Origin: a virus
DNA length: 64,000 nucleotides
Virus record (IMG/VR): IMGVR_UViG_3300033485_000003
Location: 1-64,000 of that record
Direction: 5' to 3' (one strand)
In this document: positions 26,982 to 37,600 of the stretch, in pieces
Layout of the letters: each line of letters begins with the position of its first letter
Numbering within the stretch: the stretch's first letter is position 1
Notes under the pieces: model-generated
What the model saw: the letters and a program-made list of their open reading frames with translations, nothing else
Told to the model about the DNA's origin: nothing
Databases searched by the model: none
Translations under genes and position numbers: made by a program

Positions 26982-29558
26982 TCAAGACGCCAACTTCTCG
27001 AAGAATCGAATTTTTTCTGGCGGCACGATCCCACCCTTAAAGTCGCGGAACGCTTCCACGGCCTTATGGCTGATGGACGTCGAACCTCGGTAACTGAAGG
27101 ACCCCAACGTATTCGAGTGTGTAGTGCATCGATCGTAGTCCGTCTTGCAAGTCACAGCCCACCCCGTGGCCGACGAGCGACTCTTGCACATCAAAAACGT
27201 CAAAAAGTTGTTGGCTGCATCTTCATCCGTGCGGTTGAGGGTGATCACTATTGCCGCTGGGTGCATAACACCGAAGGCTTCCGAGACGTCTTCCATCACG
27301 AGCAATCGGGTCTCATTCTTCTGGTTTCCATGGCGCCGGTTGATTTTAGAGCCTTCTCGGTTTGTTTGCACCGCAACCAACACAGCCATCTTGTGTTGAA
27401 TTCCCAGTTGAAGGAATTGATTGTACACGATCGCCTGAATGTGCCGAAGTTCCATATGTCCCTTGGAACCCGACTGCGTCTGCAGGTTAGCTGGGTAGTC
27501 GTCGATCAGCAGGTCGTAGCCGCGTCCAGTGGCTAGCCGTCTGTTATCTTGAAACTTATTGATTACTGAAATCACCTCTTCTGACGTCAACCCCGGACGG
27601 TTCATAGGAACGAATGTCAAGTGCTTGCCAAGCATATCTTGGTATGCAGCCATAATAGACATCTTTTCGGGATCTTTGTAGGCTCTAAGGATCTCTGGCG
27701 TAGTCATGTTGGTGAGACACCGCATGATTTTGTCTTGGAGTTCGTCTTCGGTGCCTTCGTGGGTGATGAACAGGACGCTCTTGCCTTGTGCGATATTGGC
27801 TACAGCTGTAGTTACCAGGCAGGATGTATTGTGAGTAACGGTAAAATCGCCCAACAAATAAAGGTGATCTCCATCCAACGTGAATCCGTAATAATCCCCC
27901 TCCCCTAACGAGTCCACCATAAAGCCTGTAGTAGAGGCGTTCTTCTTGCCGTCGGCTTGTGCTTGTTTTCGAGCCAATCTGACCGGAATCGTGGTGAGTG
28001 GACCTAAAATCATCTGTCGGACATAAACCCCGGACGTTCCGTTTTGATCCGACTTGTTGCAATCTGTAGTGGTCACCTTAAAACCCAGCGACCCCGCTAG
28101 GTACGCTATATCGCGAGCTAACCTGCGATTCTTTTGGGTAATTTCGAATGTGTTTCCATGACTCAAAAACCCATCCGTATCCAGAATCCCGGCCAACAAC
28201 TCTAACCGTTGGCATCGCGACGCAGTGAGATAGACGTGGGGGATGTGTTTATTTTTCAATACGCCTAATTCACGCAACTGGAGGTTGCTTTGAATACCAC
28301 GGAAGGCTCCGGACACCGCACTGCAGGCGGCGTAGATTCTAGATCTATTCTCCTTTTGATGGTACACATGAACTACGTCGCCGTTTCCCTCAGCCCATGC
28401 GGTCCAGGCATCGGATATCTCAGTGTCCATTGACGTTAAAGAGGCGGTGTGGCTGTGTCCGTCTCCCAACCAAAGACCAAGAATATAAGGTGGAATAGGC
28501 AGTGGCTTCTCTGAAAAGTCCAATGACGCCCTCCACAACCTCATACGATCCTTAAAGCTTTCAGACCTCTGTAGATACTCATTGAGCGGGATATTGACGA
28601 CATCCCCACTCCACAATCGCGGCTGTCCATTCGACAGCGGTTTAGGAGATCTTTTTCGAACTCGCACCTCAGGTTCATAATCATACCCACGCTTGAGGCT
28701 TAGAACGTGCACATCGTTACACACCCACGGACTACCGCCAGTCTTGGGCGTAATGCGGTATAAGGGGCCTCGCCCTTGGGTCGTCGAAAGAACCGTCCTG
28801 GGTTTTCCATCCGGACCCATCAACAAATCGCCGACATTGATATCTTCCACCTTAACGAGCGTACCGTCAGCCCTGATAATTTCCGTTCCAATCCCGTGAC
28901 ATTTTCCAGCGTTCACTGAAGACATAAGTACAGTCATTTCGCCTGGAAGCAAACACCCGCCGGTAGGTTGCTTCGACAACAGGCGGTCAATCATCTCTAT
29001 TCCGAAGGTCAATCCACGTCCGACCTCTTGTTCCTGACGGAGGACCTTTTCGCGATAGTTCGCGAACGAGCTCTCGCCCGTCCCCATGAACTGGACGTCA
29101 TTGTAGTCGGCAATGAGCTTGTTCAAAGCCCCCGCAGATTCGTCGAACTTTTGTAGATTGAATTGGTTGATAGCCTTAGGGAGGCCGATTTGCAATAGAC
29201 GGGCCTTAATCCAGACTTCCATCTCGGACAACAGCGGCTCTGTGGCGTAGTTGACTCGGGACTGCTTCGCCATCGCAGTCAGAGCTCGGGCTTGGACTGC
29301 GGTATGGGGGTCGAGCCGCCCAATACTTTCGCTATCCAACAGCTCCGGCATGGTGGGCATGCGCCCCCACCGCTTCCACCACGACTTCGATGCGTCAAAG
29401 ACCTTGGCTGCGACCGGGTCTGAGAACCAAGAAGCTTCAAGTCGGCTGATGACGGTAGAGTAGAACTTCTCGTCGCAAACCACGTAGCCAAGTACGGCCC
29501 GCTGCTTGTCTGCACTAAATGGCAACGACTGCGTATCTACAGTTCCGGGATCTGACAT
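26982..29558 (-). CDS. DnaB/gp41-like replicative helicase containing an intein
   Basis: Walker A SSVNAGK|T split by an intein; FITHE, LLIDDY, VQTNREG and CKSR. Confidence 0.85.
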   Translation of the reverse strand: MSDPGTVDTQSLPFSADKQRAVLGYVVCDEKFYSTVISRLEASWFSDPVAAKVFDASKSWWKRWGRMPTMPELLDSESIGRLDPHTAVQARALTAMAKQSRVNYATEPLLSEMEVWIKARLLQIGLPKAINQFNLQKFDESAGALNKLIADYNDVQFMGTGESSFANYREKVLRQEQEVGRGLTFGIEMIDRLLSKQPTGGCLLPGEMTVLMSSVNAGKCHGIGTEIIRADGTLVKVEDINVGDLLMGPDGKPRTVLSTTQGRGPLYRITPKTGGSPWVCNDVHVLSLKRGYDYEPEVRVRKRSPKPLSNGQPRLWSGDVVNIPLNEYLQRSESFKDRMRLWRASLDFSEKPLPIPPYILGLWLGDGHSHTASLTSMDTEISDAWTAWAEGNGDVVHVYHQKENRSRIYAACSAVSGAFRGIQSNLQLRELGVLKNKHIPHVYLTASRCQRLELLAGILDTDGFLSHGNTFEITQKNRRLARDIAYLAGSLGFKVTTTDCNKSDQNGTSGVYVRQMILGPLTTIPVRLARKQAQADGKKNASTTGFMVDSLGEGDYYGFTLDGDHLYLLGDFTVTHNTSCLVTTAVANIAQGKSVLFITHEGTEDELQDKIMRCLTNMTTPEILRAYKDPEKMSIMAAYQDMLGKHLTFVPMNRPGLTSEEVISVINKFQDNRRLATGRGYDLLIDDYPANLQTQSGSKGHMELRHIQAIVYNQFLQLGIQHKMAVLVAVQTNREGSKINRRHGNQKNETRLLVMEDVSEAFGVMHPAAIVITLNRTDEDAANNFLTFLMCKSRSSATGWAVTCKTDYDRCTTHSNTLGSFSYRGSTSISHKAVEAFRDFKGGIVPPEKIRFFEKLAS
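27828..28901 (-). mobile_element. Intein with LAGLIDADG endonuclease (358 aa) in the helicase P-loop
   Basis: Begins CHGIGTEIIRADG and ends DFTVTHN|T; LGLWLGDG and LLAGILDTDG motifs. Confidence 0.92.
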
Positions 29559-30569
29559 TTAGCGGGCTCCAAAGTGGTTCTTCATATAGAATACAATCTG
29601 TGCTGGATTAATGACCGGCGCTCGGTCGACCAACCCCTTGACCTCCAGAATCGGCATATCTCCGAGGTCCTTGTAGGGGGCGGGTGGACGGAGATCATAC
29701 AGCGTGATGTCGGCCAGGGCCCTTCTGAGGCGGTCTAGCTCCAAGTAAGCGTCTGGGTCCAAGGCGAGATACAGCTTTGTGATCCCGCTATTACGCAAAA
29801 GTTGGAGCTGGCTATTTGCCACAGCCTTGCCCATTGCAGCGACGTTTCCAGATCCACAGTGCGCTTTTAGGGCGTCCAGCGGCCCTTCACACAAAATTGC
29901 ATGGTCGCCGGTGATTCTGTCGGAGAACATCAAGGTTTGGTCGCGCTTGAGCTCCGAGTTGGTAAGGATTTTCTGCGGCGACACCACTTTACGTAGGCGT
30001 TCGTTCCAATACGGCTTGTCTTTCTCAATCAGACGCGACTGATAGCCAAGCAATTTCCCGCGCGAGATGACTGGAAACATCACCCGTCGCTCCGACGGCC
30101 AGTACCTAATAGAGTATTCCATCGCCAACCCCATCGGGACTCCACGAGACTCCAAATACCGCACTCCGGGTGCGGCATCTGGGCGGTCCAAAATCAAGGA
30201 GTCGGAAGGCCACTCGACCGATTTGAGGGTCGGGGCGAGATCCATGTAGTCGTCGTCATCTTCGTCGGTGAATTCTTGCATGCCGACGCCCAGAATAAGG
30301 CCGGAGCCCTGCGGCTCGTCGTTGTACAACGCCTTACGGACTTCACTCAGCCGGAGTCCGCACAGATCGACCAGCGCAAACTCCGGCTTGCCTTGATACC
30401 CCTCAATCTCTCTGCAGTAAAAGCATACAAATCGCCCAGACTGCCGCATCATATACAACTTGCCCGATTTATTGCACCTCGGGCAATCCATAATGAATGA
30501 CTTTGAGTTGGATTTGAAGTCGACACCGCTTGTCTGCAGTAGCTCTCGAATTTTAGGTTCAAGTGTCAC
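29559..30569 (-). CDS. DNA primase (Zn finger + TOPRIM)
   Basis: CPRC..CFYC, YLESRG, CEGPLD, LDPD and KDLGD; adjacent to the helicase. Confidence 0.85.
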   Translation of the reverse strand: MTLEPKIRELLQTSGVDFKSNSKSFIMDCPRCNKSGKLYMMRQSGRFVCFYCREIEGYQGKPEFALVDLCGLRLSEVRKALYNDEPQGSGLILGVGMQEFTDEDDDDYMDLAPTLKSVEWPSDSLILDRPDAAPGVRYLESRGVPMGLAMEYSIRYWPSERRVMFPVISRGKLLGYQSRLIEKDKPYWNERLRKVVSPQKILTNSELKRDQTLMFSDRITGDHAILCEGPLDALKAHCGSGNVAAMGKAVANSQLQLLRNSGITKLYLALDPDAYLELDRLRRALADITLYDLRPPAPYKDLGDMPILEVKGLVDRAPVINPAQIVFYMKNHFGAR

Positions 30570-30603
30570 AGTGTCGACTCCCTTAAGTTACGACTACTCG
30601 AAA

Positions 30604-30816
30604 TTAAAAAGCAAACGTAGGTGAGCCAGGCTTCGCCTTCCACGACAAGTGGATCCACTTGGGTGGTATGTAATGCGACACGCCCCTCTCATCTAAGATG
30701 CGATGACCTCCAGACGCCGACACATTAAGTTCGATGGGTTTGTTGATAGTGACAGTCGACTTGTCTGGAAACTCGTACGAACGGTAGAGTTCACTGCTAA
30801 TATCTTTAAATTCCAT
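30604..30816 (-). CDS. Hypothetical protein
   Basis: 70 aa, AAGGA SD. Confidence 0.65.
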   Translation of the reverse strand: MEFKDISSELYRSYEFPDKSTVTINKPIELNVSASGGHRILDERGVSHYIPPKWIHLSWKAKPGSPTFAF

Positions 30817-30830
30817 GATGTTGTCCTTTC

Positions 30831-32018
30831 TTACAGAACTACAGGGATTTTGGAAGGCTTGAGTATGCTCGATGCTTCCTCAGATGTGCCGAAATCCTCC
30901 GGTGCGACCACTTCATGGGCGTAATGCCCCGCCATGTCCCGCTTCTTGAGCTCTGCTGCAATCCGAGCGCAAAGCTGGGGGTCCGACTTGAGGGCGGTAA
31001 GGCACATTTCCTTGCCGCGCCACTCCTGGTTCTCGAAGTTGTACATCACGTTGTTCGGCTTCGTGATGATACCACGAGCGACACCAAGAAGGAAGACCTC
31101 TTCGTGTGTGTTGATGATACCCTTAGCATAATCCAAGGTGAACTCACCAACGCGCCCCTTGGGTCCGATGGATGAATCCATCATCTTGCAGCGCACCTTA
31201 TGCCCTGTCTTCTCTGCGTTGCCCTGCAAGTCCTCCAGGTTAGTGTCCTTGAACTCATTGCCCAACAGGTCCTTCTTGGCGTCAGCGCCACCAGCCGGCG
31301 ATACATACATGTAGTACTCGCAGTGGTGTTGTGTAGCGAACGAAACACCAGGTCGAACTGCAGTGGTCTGCGACGTATGAACAACTGACGATCCGCCAGC
31401 CCGAGCGTCCATTTGGGATCGAATGTGTGTCGTTAGGATCACCCCGAACCGACACGCGTGTTGGGTTTCCATCACACGCTTGAGACCACACCCAAGAGTT
31501 TGTGCGTCGTCTCCGATTTGTTGTGTCAGGATAGTCGTGGCATTGCCGGCCCGGCGCCCCTGAATACCGTTGACTGAGTCGATAATAACCAAGCCGAGGT
31601 CCATCCCATCCTGAACCATAGCGGCGAGTTCGGTCTCGATGCGATCGAAAATCAGTTCAGGTCGATTGACTTCGTAGCACAGGTAGCGCTCGGGGTCAAT
31701 TCCCCAGATCGCCTGTCTGGCCGCTCCACCCTGAGCGGATTCGCGGAACTCTGTGTTGAACTTGATAGCCCAGGCGTTCGGGTTTGCACGGTGGAGCTGT
31801 CCGACCATGGCGTCGCAAATAATCGACTTGCCGCCACGAGGAGGACCGTACAGCAGCATCGAATATCCGCGTGGAAGTCCGTGTCCGTTACCGAAACAGA
31901 AATTCAGTGACGGACTGGGGGTTTGGAGCGCGTCTGCGTGAATATCTCGAGTCGACGTAACCGCGCCAGGAAGCTTGAGTAGTTTTTCCATGAACCGACG
32001 ATTGTCTTTTGAAGCCAT
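30831..32018 (-). CDS. RecA/UvsX-like recombinase
   Basis: TPSPSLN..G.GLPRG, Walker A GPPRGGKS, Walker B VIIDSV. Confidence 0.85.
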   Translation of the reverse strand: MASKDNRRFMEKLLKLPGAVTSTRDIHADALQTPSPSLNFCFGNGHGLPRGYSMLLYGPPRGGKSIICDAMVGQLHRANPNAWAIKFNTEFRESAQGGAARQAIWGIDPERYLCYEVNRPELIFDRIETELAAMVQDGMDLGLVIIDSVNGIQGRRAGNATTILTQQIGDDAQTLGCGLKRVMETQHACRFGVILTTHIRSQMDARAGGSSVVHTSQTTAVRPGVSFATQHHCEYYMYVSPAGGADAKKDLLGNEFKDTNLEDLQGNAEKTGHKVRCKMMDSSIGPKGRVGEFTLDYAKGIINTHEEVFLLGVARGIITKPNNVMYNFENQEWRGKEMCLTALKSDPQLCARIAAELKKRDMAGHYAHEVVAPEDFGTSEEASSILKPSKIPVVL

Positions 32019-32021
32019 TTA

Positions 32022-32585
32022 TTACCTCTGAGTGCCCCAATAGGATTCATTCGGGCTGATAGTTGGAGATGGATTGTAGGTGGTGACTAGGTTCGGATTT
32101 TGACGCTGTGCCGATGTGTCTTGGCCGAGCATCTTCTTGACTGCGTTGTATGCGTTCTCGAATGCCCGCTTCTGCCCTTCAAGCGCCGCGATGTAGCACT
32201 GGGTTTGATTCACGAGCTCAAGTGCTTGTAGGTACTCCGGGTCGGAGTCCAGGAACGCTTGACGAATGTCCTCGGAGCCGAGGGGAGAGCGGGTAGTGGC
32301 TAGCCCCTTCGCTTGAAGCATCGCCGGCAATCTGTCGAGCAACAAAATGGCTCGTACGCTGTTGGCCTTAGTCTTGGTTTGAATTAGCTCGTACTCCAGC
32401 TTCGCCAGGCATCGAGTGGTATCGAGGTACGCCATATTAAACAGCGCCATGAGCTCTGGAGCTCGAGCCTGATTGCTATATGCGACCTCCGGGAGACGTT
32501 GTTGGGCGTATACGATTGTTGTTGTATCGAGAATCAACGGATTCGCGGGGTCCGTCCGTGGCACGCTGATGATTTGAGTTTCCAT
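32022..32585 (-). CDS. Helical protein, possible UvsY-like recombination mediator
   Basis: Coiled coil with LDSDPEY, between SSB and RecA. Assignment is mostly contextual. Confidence 0.4.
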   Translation of the reverse strand: METQIISVPRTDPANPLILDTTTIVYAQQRLPEVAYSNQARAPELMALFNMAYLDTTRCLAKLEYELIQTKTKANSVRAILLLDRLPAMLQAKGLATTRSPLGSEDIRQAFLDSDPEYLQALELVNQTQCYIAALEGQKRAFENAYNAVKKMLGQDTSAQRQNPNLVTTYNPSPTISPNESYWGTQR

Positions 32586-32595
32586 GGATCCTTTA

Positions 32596-32622
32596 AGGCG
32601 GGGGTGGGTAACACCCCCGCCT
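32596..32622 (-). terminator. GC-rich hairpin after the SSB gene
   Basis: 11-bp perfect stem aggcgggggtg/cacccccgcct; weak U tail. Confidence 0.5.
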
Positions 32623-32634
32623 ATCGGTGTTGGA

Positions 32635-33876
32635 TTACTTCTTGTTGGCGTCGGGGAACATATCCAAGAACGCCTGGGGGTTGAGCCCCATCATCTCGGT
32701 AAAGCTCTTGCCGCCGACGGCAGGGGCTGCAGTTGCGGGGGCGGCGGCCACAACCGGCTGGGTCGCCGGCTGAGGTGCTGCGGTGGCAACCTTGTTGCGA
32801 GCCTCCATCTCTGCGATTTGACGGCGCAGACGGGTGAGCTCGTCCTCTTGAACTGGAGGAAGGACTGGGACTTGGACTGCCGCGGGTGGCGGCAGCGGGG
32901 CCGGAGCGACAACCGGAGTTGCTACAGGAGGAGGGAGCGGCAGCGGAGCAGGGGCGGTAACCATCGCCGGCATCGCAGGAGGCGGAGTGCGACGGCCGCC
33001 CTGATTGAATACCGCAGCGACAACAGCCGCGTTACCGGTATTGCGAGCCAACTGAAGAATCTGATCGTACGTCAGAGCCTTGTCGTCGTTGTATGTCCCG
33101 AGGTCCGGGCACTTCTCGAGACCTGCGATGTCGAGGCCGTTTAGAGGACCTGCCTTATATCGGAACGCCCCGCCGCCCACGTTTTCAGTCTCGACTTCAA
33201 CCGAGTACGTGGTCGACCACTTCTGCCCGGTACGCTTGAATCGGAACCAAACGCCAACGTTCGGGTCCAGTGCGCTTACTCCGTTGTTGTCTGCACTGAA
33301 CTTGTCCATAAGCACCGTCAGTGCGCCCTTCTGCCCCTTACCCCAAATGAGACTGGGAGGGAGCTTCAGGATTCCCCACTCGCCGGCAATGTTCTTCGCG
33401 AGCACGTAGTACTTCCGGTCGAGATAGAACTTGTCGACCAGTGTCGCTTGTGCAGACGTCTTGCAAGCGACAGCCGCCTGAGTCATGGCCGCCTCTTCGG
33501 TCAATCCAGGTGTCGCCGCCATCAACTGTGCGGCCATACCCTTAACCATGTCTTCCAGCTTCTTCTTCTCCAGATCGATCCGGGTGCACTCGGGACAATC
33601 CTGAGTCACCATCTTGTTGCGGTCGCGCTTGAAGATACATCGGAACGGCTTCCACTTCGGCTTGGAGGGGTCTTGCTCGTTCGGGATGGTATAGCCCTGA
33701 TGGAGCGAGTCGTACGTGTACCACTTACCACTCGAACGGAGGCTCTTGATAGGAGGAGCAATACGGAAGACGCTCGGCTCCTTGTCGGAAATCGTGTGGA
33801 ACTTGAAGCCAAATGCTCCTGGAGTGCTGGGGGTGCCGAAAAAGTCGTTGTTGGTCGGAAGTGTTTCGTCGGTCAT
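32635..33876 (-). CDS. gp32-like single-stranded DNA-binding protein
   Basis: FRIAPP, H..C...CPEC Zn site, LDPNVG..F.FKRTG...TTYSV and a Pro/Ala-rich tail. Confidence 0.7.
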   Translation of the reverse strand: MTDETLPTNNDFFGTPSTPGAFGFKFHTISDKEPSVFRIAPPIKSLRSSGKWYTYDSLHQGYTIPNEQDPSKPKWKPFRCIFKRDRNKMVTQDCPECTRIDLEKKKLEDMVKGMAAQLMAATPGLTEEAAMTQAAVACKTSAQATLVDKFYLDRKYYVLAKNIAGEWGILKLPPSLIWGKGQKGALTVLMDKFSADNNGVSALDPNVGVWFRFKRTGQKWSTTYSVEVETENVGGGAFRYKAGPLNGLDIAGLEKCPDLGTYNDDKALTYDQILQLARNTGNAAVVAAVFNQGGRRTPPPAMPAMVTAPAPLPLPPPVATPVVAPAPLPPPAAVQVPVLPPVQEDELTRLRRQIAEMEARNKVATAAPQPATQPVVAAAPATAAPAVGGKSFTEMMGLNPQAFLDMFPDANKK

Positions 33877-33905
33877 TGATTTTGTCTCTTTGTCTTTGTT
33901 TTGTT

Positions 33906-34625
33906 TTACTTCTCTTCTGCTACTGCACGCTTGATCTCGTCCTTGGTGGCTCCAAGAGCCTCAAGCACGAACTCTAGGCCGATTCTACCATTCGTGGCCA
34001 CGATCTTTGACGAAGCTCCGACCAGTCGAGCCACCTCTGGCGCCGGACTCTTCACTACCACTGGACGCAAGCTGAGATCGTATCCAAGCTCAAGGGCCAG
34101 ACGGACGACTTCGTGGGAGATGTACTGGGCCACGAACTGCACTCCTGGCGCGTTGTTGACGATGCTCGTGACGTACTTCAGGAGCTCGTCGTAATCGGAG
34201 ATGTTGGCCGCGGTATTCCAGTGGGGAGGGCTCGCTCGAAACACCCCCATCTCGGACATCATGCCGCCGACCTCGTCTAGCATCATCGAATACTGACTGA
34301 TACCGAACTGTCCGCCCTTGTGCGCCATCCCCTGCCATACGTAGTCTGCGATACGGCGGTACACAACATCGCCATTCACGACCAAAAAGCCCTTCTTGCT
34401 CGCGATTGCGCAGAACTTGTCCGTTCCAGCGCCCTCAGGAATGACGACGGAAATATTCCGGCCGGCCAACGCGACCACCTTGGCTCGCAGGTCCGGAAGC
34501 TCATCGCGAGTCCGCGACTGCAGCGCTAGACGTCCAGCCATCGATCGCCAGTCACCTTCCACCGGCGTGTCTGCAATCTTCTTGGCATCGTGGTACGACT
34601 TCAGTGCGTCTTGAAATTCACTCAT
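33906..34625 (-). CDS. Hypothetical protein, possible degenerate P-loop kinase fold
   Basis: 239 aa, ATGA-coupled to dnaE. Confidence 0.55.
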   Translation of the reverse strand: MSEFQDALKSYHDAKKIADTPVEGDWRSMAGRLALQSRTRDELPDLRAKVVALAGRNISVVIPEGAGTDKFCAIASKKGFLVVNGDVVYRRIADYVWQGMAHKGGQFGISQYSMMLDEVGGMMSEMGVFRASPPHWNTAANISDYDELLKYVTSIVNNAPGVQFVAQYISHEVVRLALELGYDLSLRPVVVKSPAPEVARLVGASSKIVATNGRIGLEFVLEALGATKDEIKRAVAEEK

Positions 34626-37600
34626 TTTTCATCCTCTTTGGTTGTTTCAGGTGATGCTTTGCGTTGGATCAGCACGACATCGTCGATTGTAACACCCTTG
34701 CCCGGCCTTCTTCGACAACAGCAAGCGGCGATACAGCCGGACAGGTCTTCGTTGAACGGAGGAGAGGGCGTGCCGGTTTTGCCCGGCCACTTGACGGCCT
34801 TCACGATCGTTCCTTCAACATCAAAAGTCAGTTCTACGGCAGACTTCCTTTTGGGTTCGCCCTCTTTGGCTTTCTTATCTTCCCAAGACCATCTCCGCTC
34901 GGCGGTCAAGAATCCGATGCAACTGAACACCACTTCTTCGCCCAGGTCGGCTTGGATCATTTCCTCGACCAAGTCGCCGTGCAACAGCGGGTACTCCGTC
35001 AGCCCCTCGCGCATATTGAATGGGGTGTGAACGATGAGAGTGTCTTTGCCTCGGACTACCAGCTTTCCATCTTGCTTAAGCTGATTTTCGACCAATGGAA
35101 TCAAATCCTCGGACAGCGCTGGCAAAACCACCTTCTTGAATTGGTACTGCTCGAGTTGGGACAGCGACCTTACCGCGGCGTTCTTCTTTTTCGTCGGCTT
35201 CTTTCCGGTCACAACCAAGCACGCGGCCGCATCTGCTTGCTCCCACGCCGCTAGTTTTTGCTCGAGGGTCAACGAGAACTTTTCTCCATTGATTTCCACC
35301 GGAGCAAACAGGGGGTCCAGTGCGCCAGTGACAATCAAGGCGGTCATGGATTGGCTATTCAAAGCGCTTGTCGCCAGACGTCTAGACAGCACCTCTTTGG
35401 TTTCACCCGTCTTCTTGTCGGTCTTCATCCTCGTGACATTGGTGCCATTGTCGACGCGCCATTGATGGCGGCGAGTGGCGAGTTCTTCCAGGGTCTTGGC
35501 TGAAGCGAGAGCCATGAGTTGCTCTTGAGCCTTGTCTGCTACACCACGCAGGAGGTTGAATGGGGCGCGGATTTTGTCACCTTCGATGACGAACCCGTCT
35601 CTGGACGCACCAAACTGCGGGAGCGCCACCATCTTGCTGCAGTGGATCCACAACTTTTCGTTGATTTCGTTACGGTCTGCGTTGGTGAGAATGGCCGCCC
35701 ACCACTCAAGTGGGTAGTGGTGCTTCAACCACGCACAAGCGTATCCGATGACGGAGTAACAGTACGCATGACTTTTGTTAAAGCCATATCGACTCCATGC
35801 ATCAAGATTGTCCCACAATTTCTCACTTACACTTACACCTAGTCGCTCCACCGCCCCACGCATGAAAACTTCCTTGTCTTTTGCCACCTTAGCCATTTGC
35901 TTTTTCGAGATGTGGACGCGGAATTCATCAGCTTCCGCGCCAGTGGTGCCACCCAACATCTGGAAGACCTTAGAAACCCCTTCTTGAAAACATAGGATCC
36001 CCATGGTTTCCGGAACCAACTCGAGCAAAGCCGCATTAAGTTCGGGATCTCCGTTTGGCTTGCCACCGCGCAATCGGTGGGCATACTCCACCATCATATT
36101 GTGGCGTCCGCCGGAAGTGTCTTCCACATACGAGTCGAGCCCACCCGGGCGGTCCAAAGCGGTGAAAGTAGCCAGATCTAGGATAGAGGCCAGTCCCTTC
36201 CGGCCATTGCCGCGTTCAAAATCGAAGTACTTCAGCCAGCGTCTAGCAGAAGGCGGGTGGAACTGGAAGACGGTTTCGGTCTTGCCCTCGGAGATTTCCC
36301 TCAAAACACCCTGATCTTCGGGAAGGTCCCAAATGTCGTGAAGTTGTCCATTTAGCGGCACGCAGCGGAGGTGTGGTACGAAAATTCCACCGAGTTTAAC
36401 TCCAGGGACGGACTCGTGCGGCTCCAATCGCCTCCTAGACGAAGACCAGTCGATGTGCGAGGCGTGTCGATCTTGCACTAGGTGGATGGCATGGGAGATG
36501 TCGTTGAGGATCTTGATGTTGAGGAAGTCGATCTTAAGCAACCCCATCGCTTCGACCGCATCCTTGGTGAACTGGGTGCACCTCACGCCTCCTATAGTGA
36601 CGAGTGGGATGATGTCGGAGATTGGGGCGTTGTTCACGACAAAAGCACACGCGTGACGGCCGCGTGATCGGGTTAGCCCCAAAGCCTTTTGGATGATATC
36701 CCATTCGGCCGGGTAAGTCTTCACGAAAGAAATCAGTGCCGGGTCGGTCTCGATCTGTCCTTGAGTCCAACTCCCGTCAGAGTTCTTGTATCCGAAAACA
36801 AAGTCATGATCTTCAACCCCTTGTGGGGCTTCTGGGAATTGCGATGTGATTTTATTGATTTCGGACGACACGTACCCGTACTTAACACGGAAGACGTCCT
36901 TTGTGGCCGAGCGCAGTTTAAGTTTGTTGTCGGTACTGATTTGCGCTACGCAGTCGCCGAATCGCTCCTTAAGCCAGCCCTTATTCTGGTCGTTCGGGTC
37001 CACCAACAGGTCTCGATCACCTAAGTCTTGATCTATGTCGGGTAGTTTCCCTGACTCAATGCGTACTGGAGTCATAAAACGGTCCAGACTCAAGTCCGCT
37101 TTAATCGGATCGACGTGCGTGACGCCGAATAGATAGGTCAAATACACCCCAGCGGCGCTCCCGCGGCCTGGGCCGGTTATTTTGCCGTTGCGTGTGTGCC
37201 AGTCAACCGCCTCTTCCAACATTTGGAAGTACGTAAATAGATCGATCTTGCCATTCCTGTGAAGTAGTTCAATTTCTTGCTGCAGCCGCGCAAGGTGGGC
37301 GGCATCATGAACCATGCGCCCGTGCTTCATAATGAGCTGGCCGGTGTACTTCAAGGTATCTTCCGGGTAAAATTTGGTAGGCAACGCCTTCTGCGTAGTG
37401 AACTTGAAGTCGTGGAACCTAGAGGCCCACTCGTGATTGTTTTGCACCCATCCTTCGAATTCGGACGGATTAACCCCCATTCGATCTCGGAACCACGCCC
37501 CAGCGGCGGCATTGTCGAGCCGGTGGTATGAATTCGCCATCTTCCAGCCACCGGACTGTGCCAAGCGCATGTCTTGTACGATTTTCTCGTCAGGTGACGT

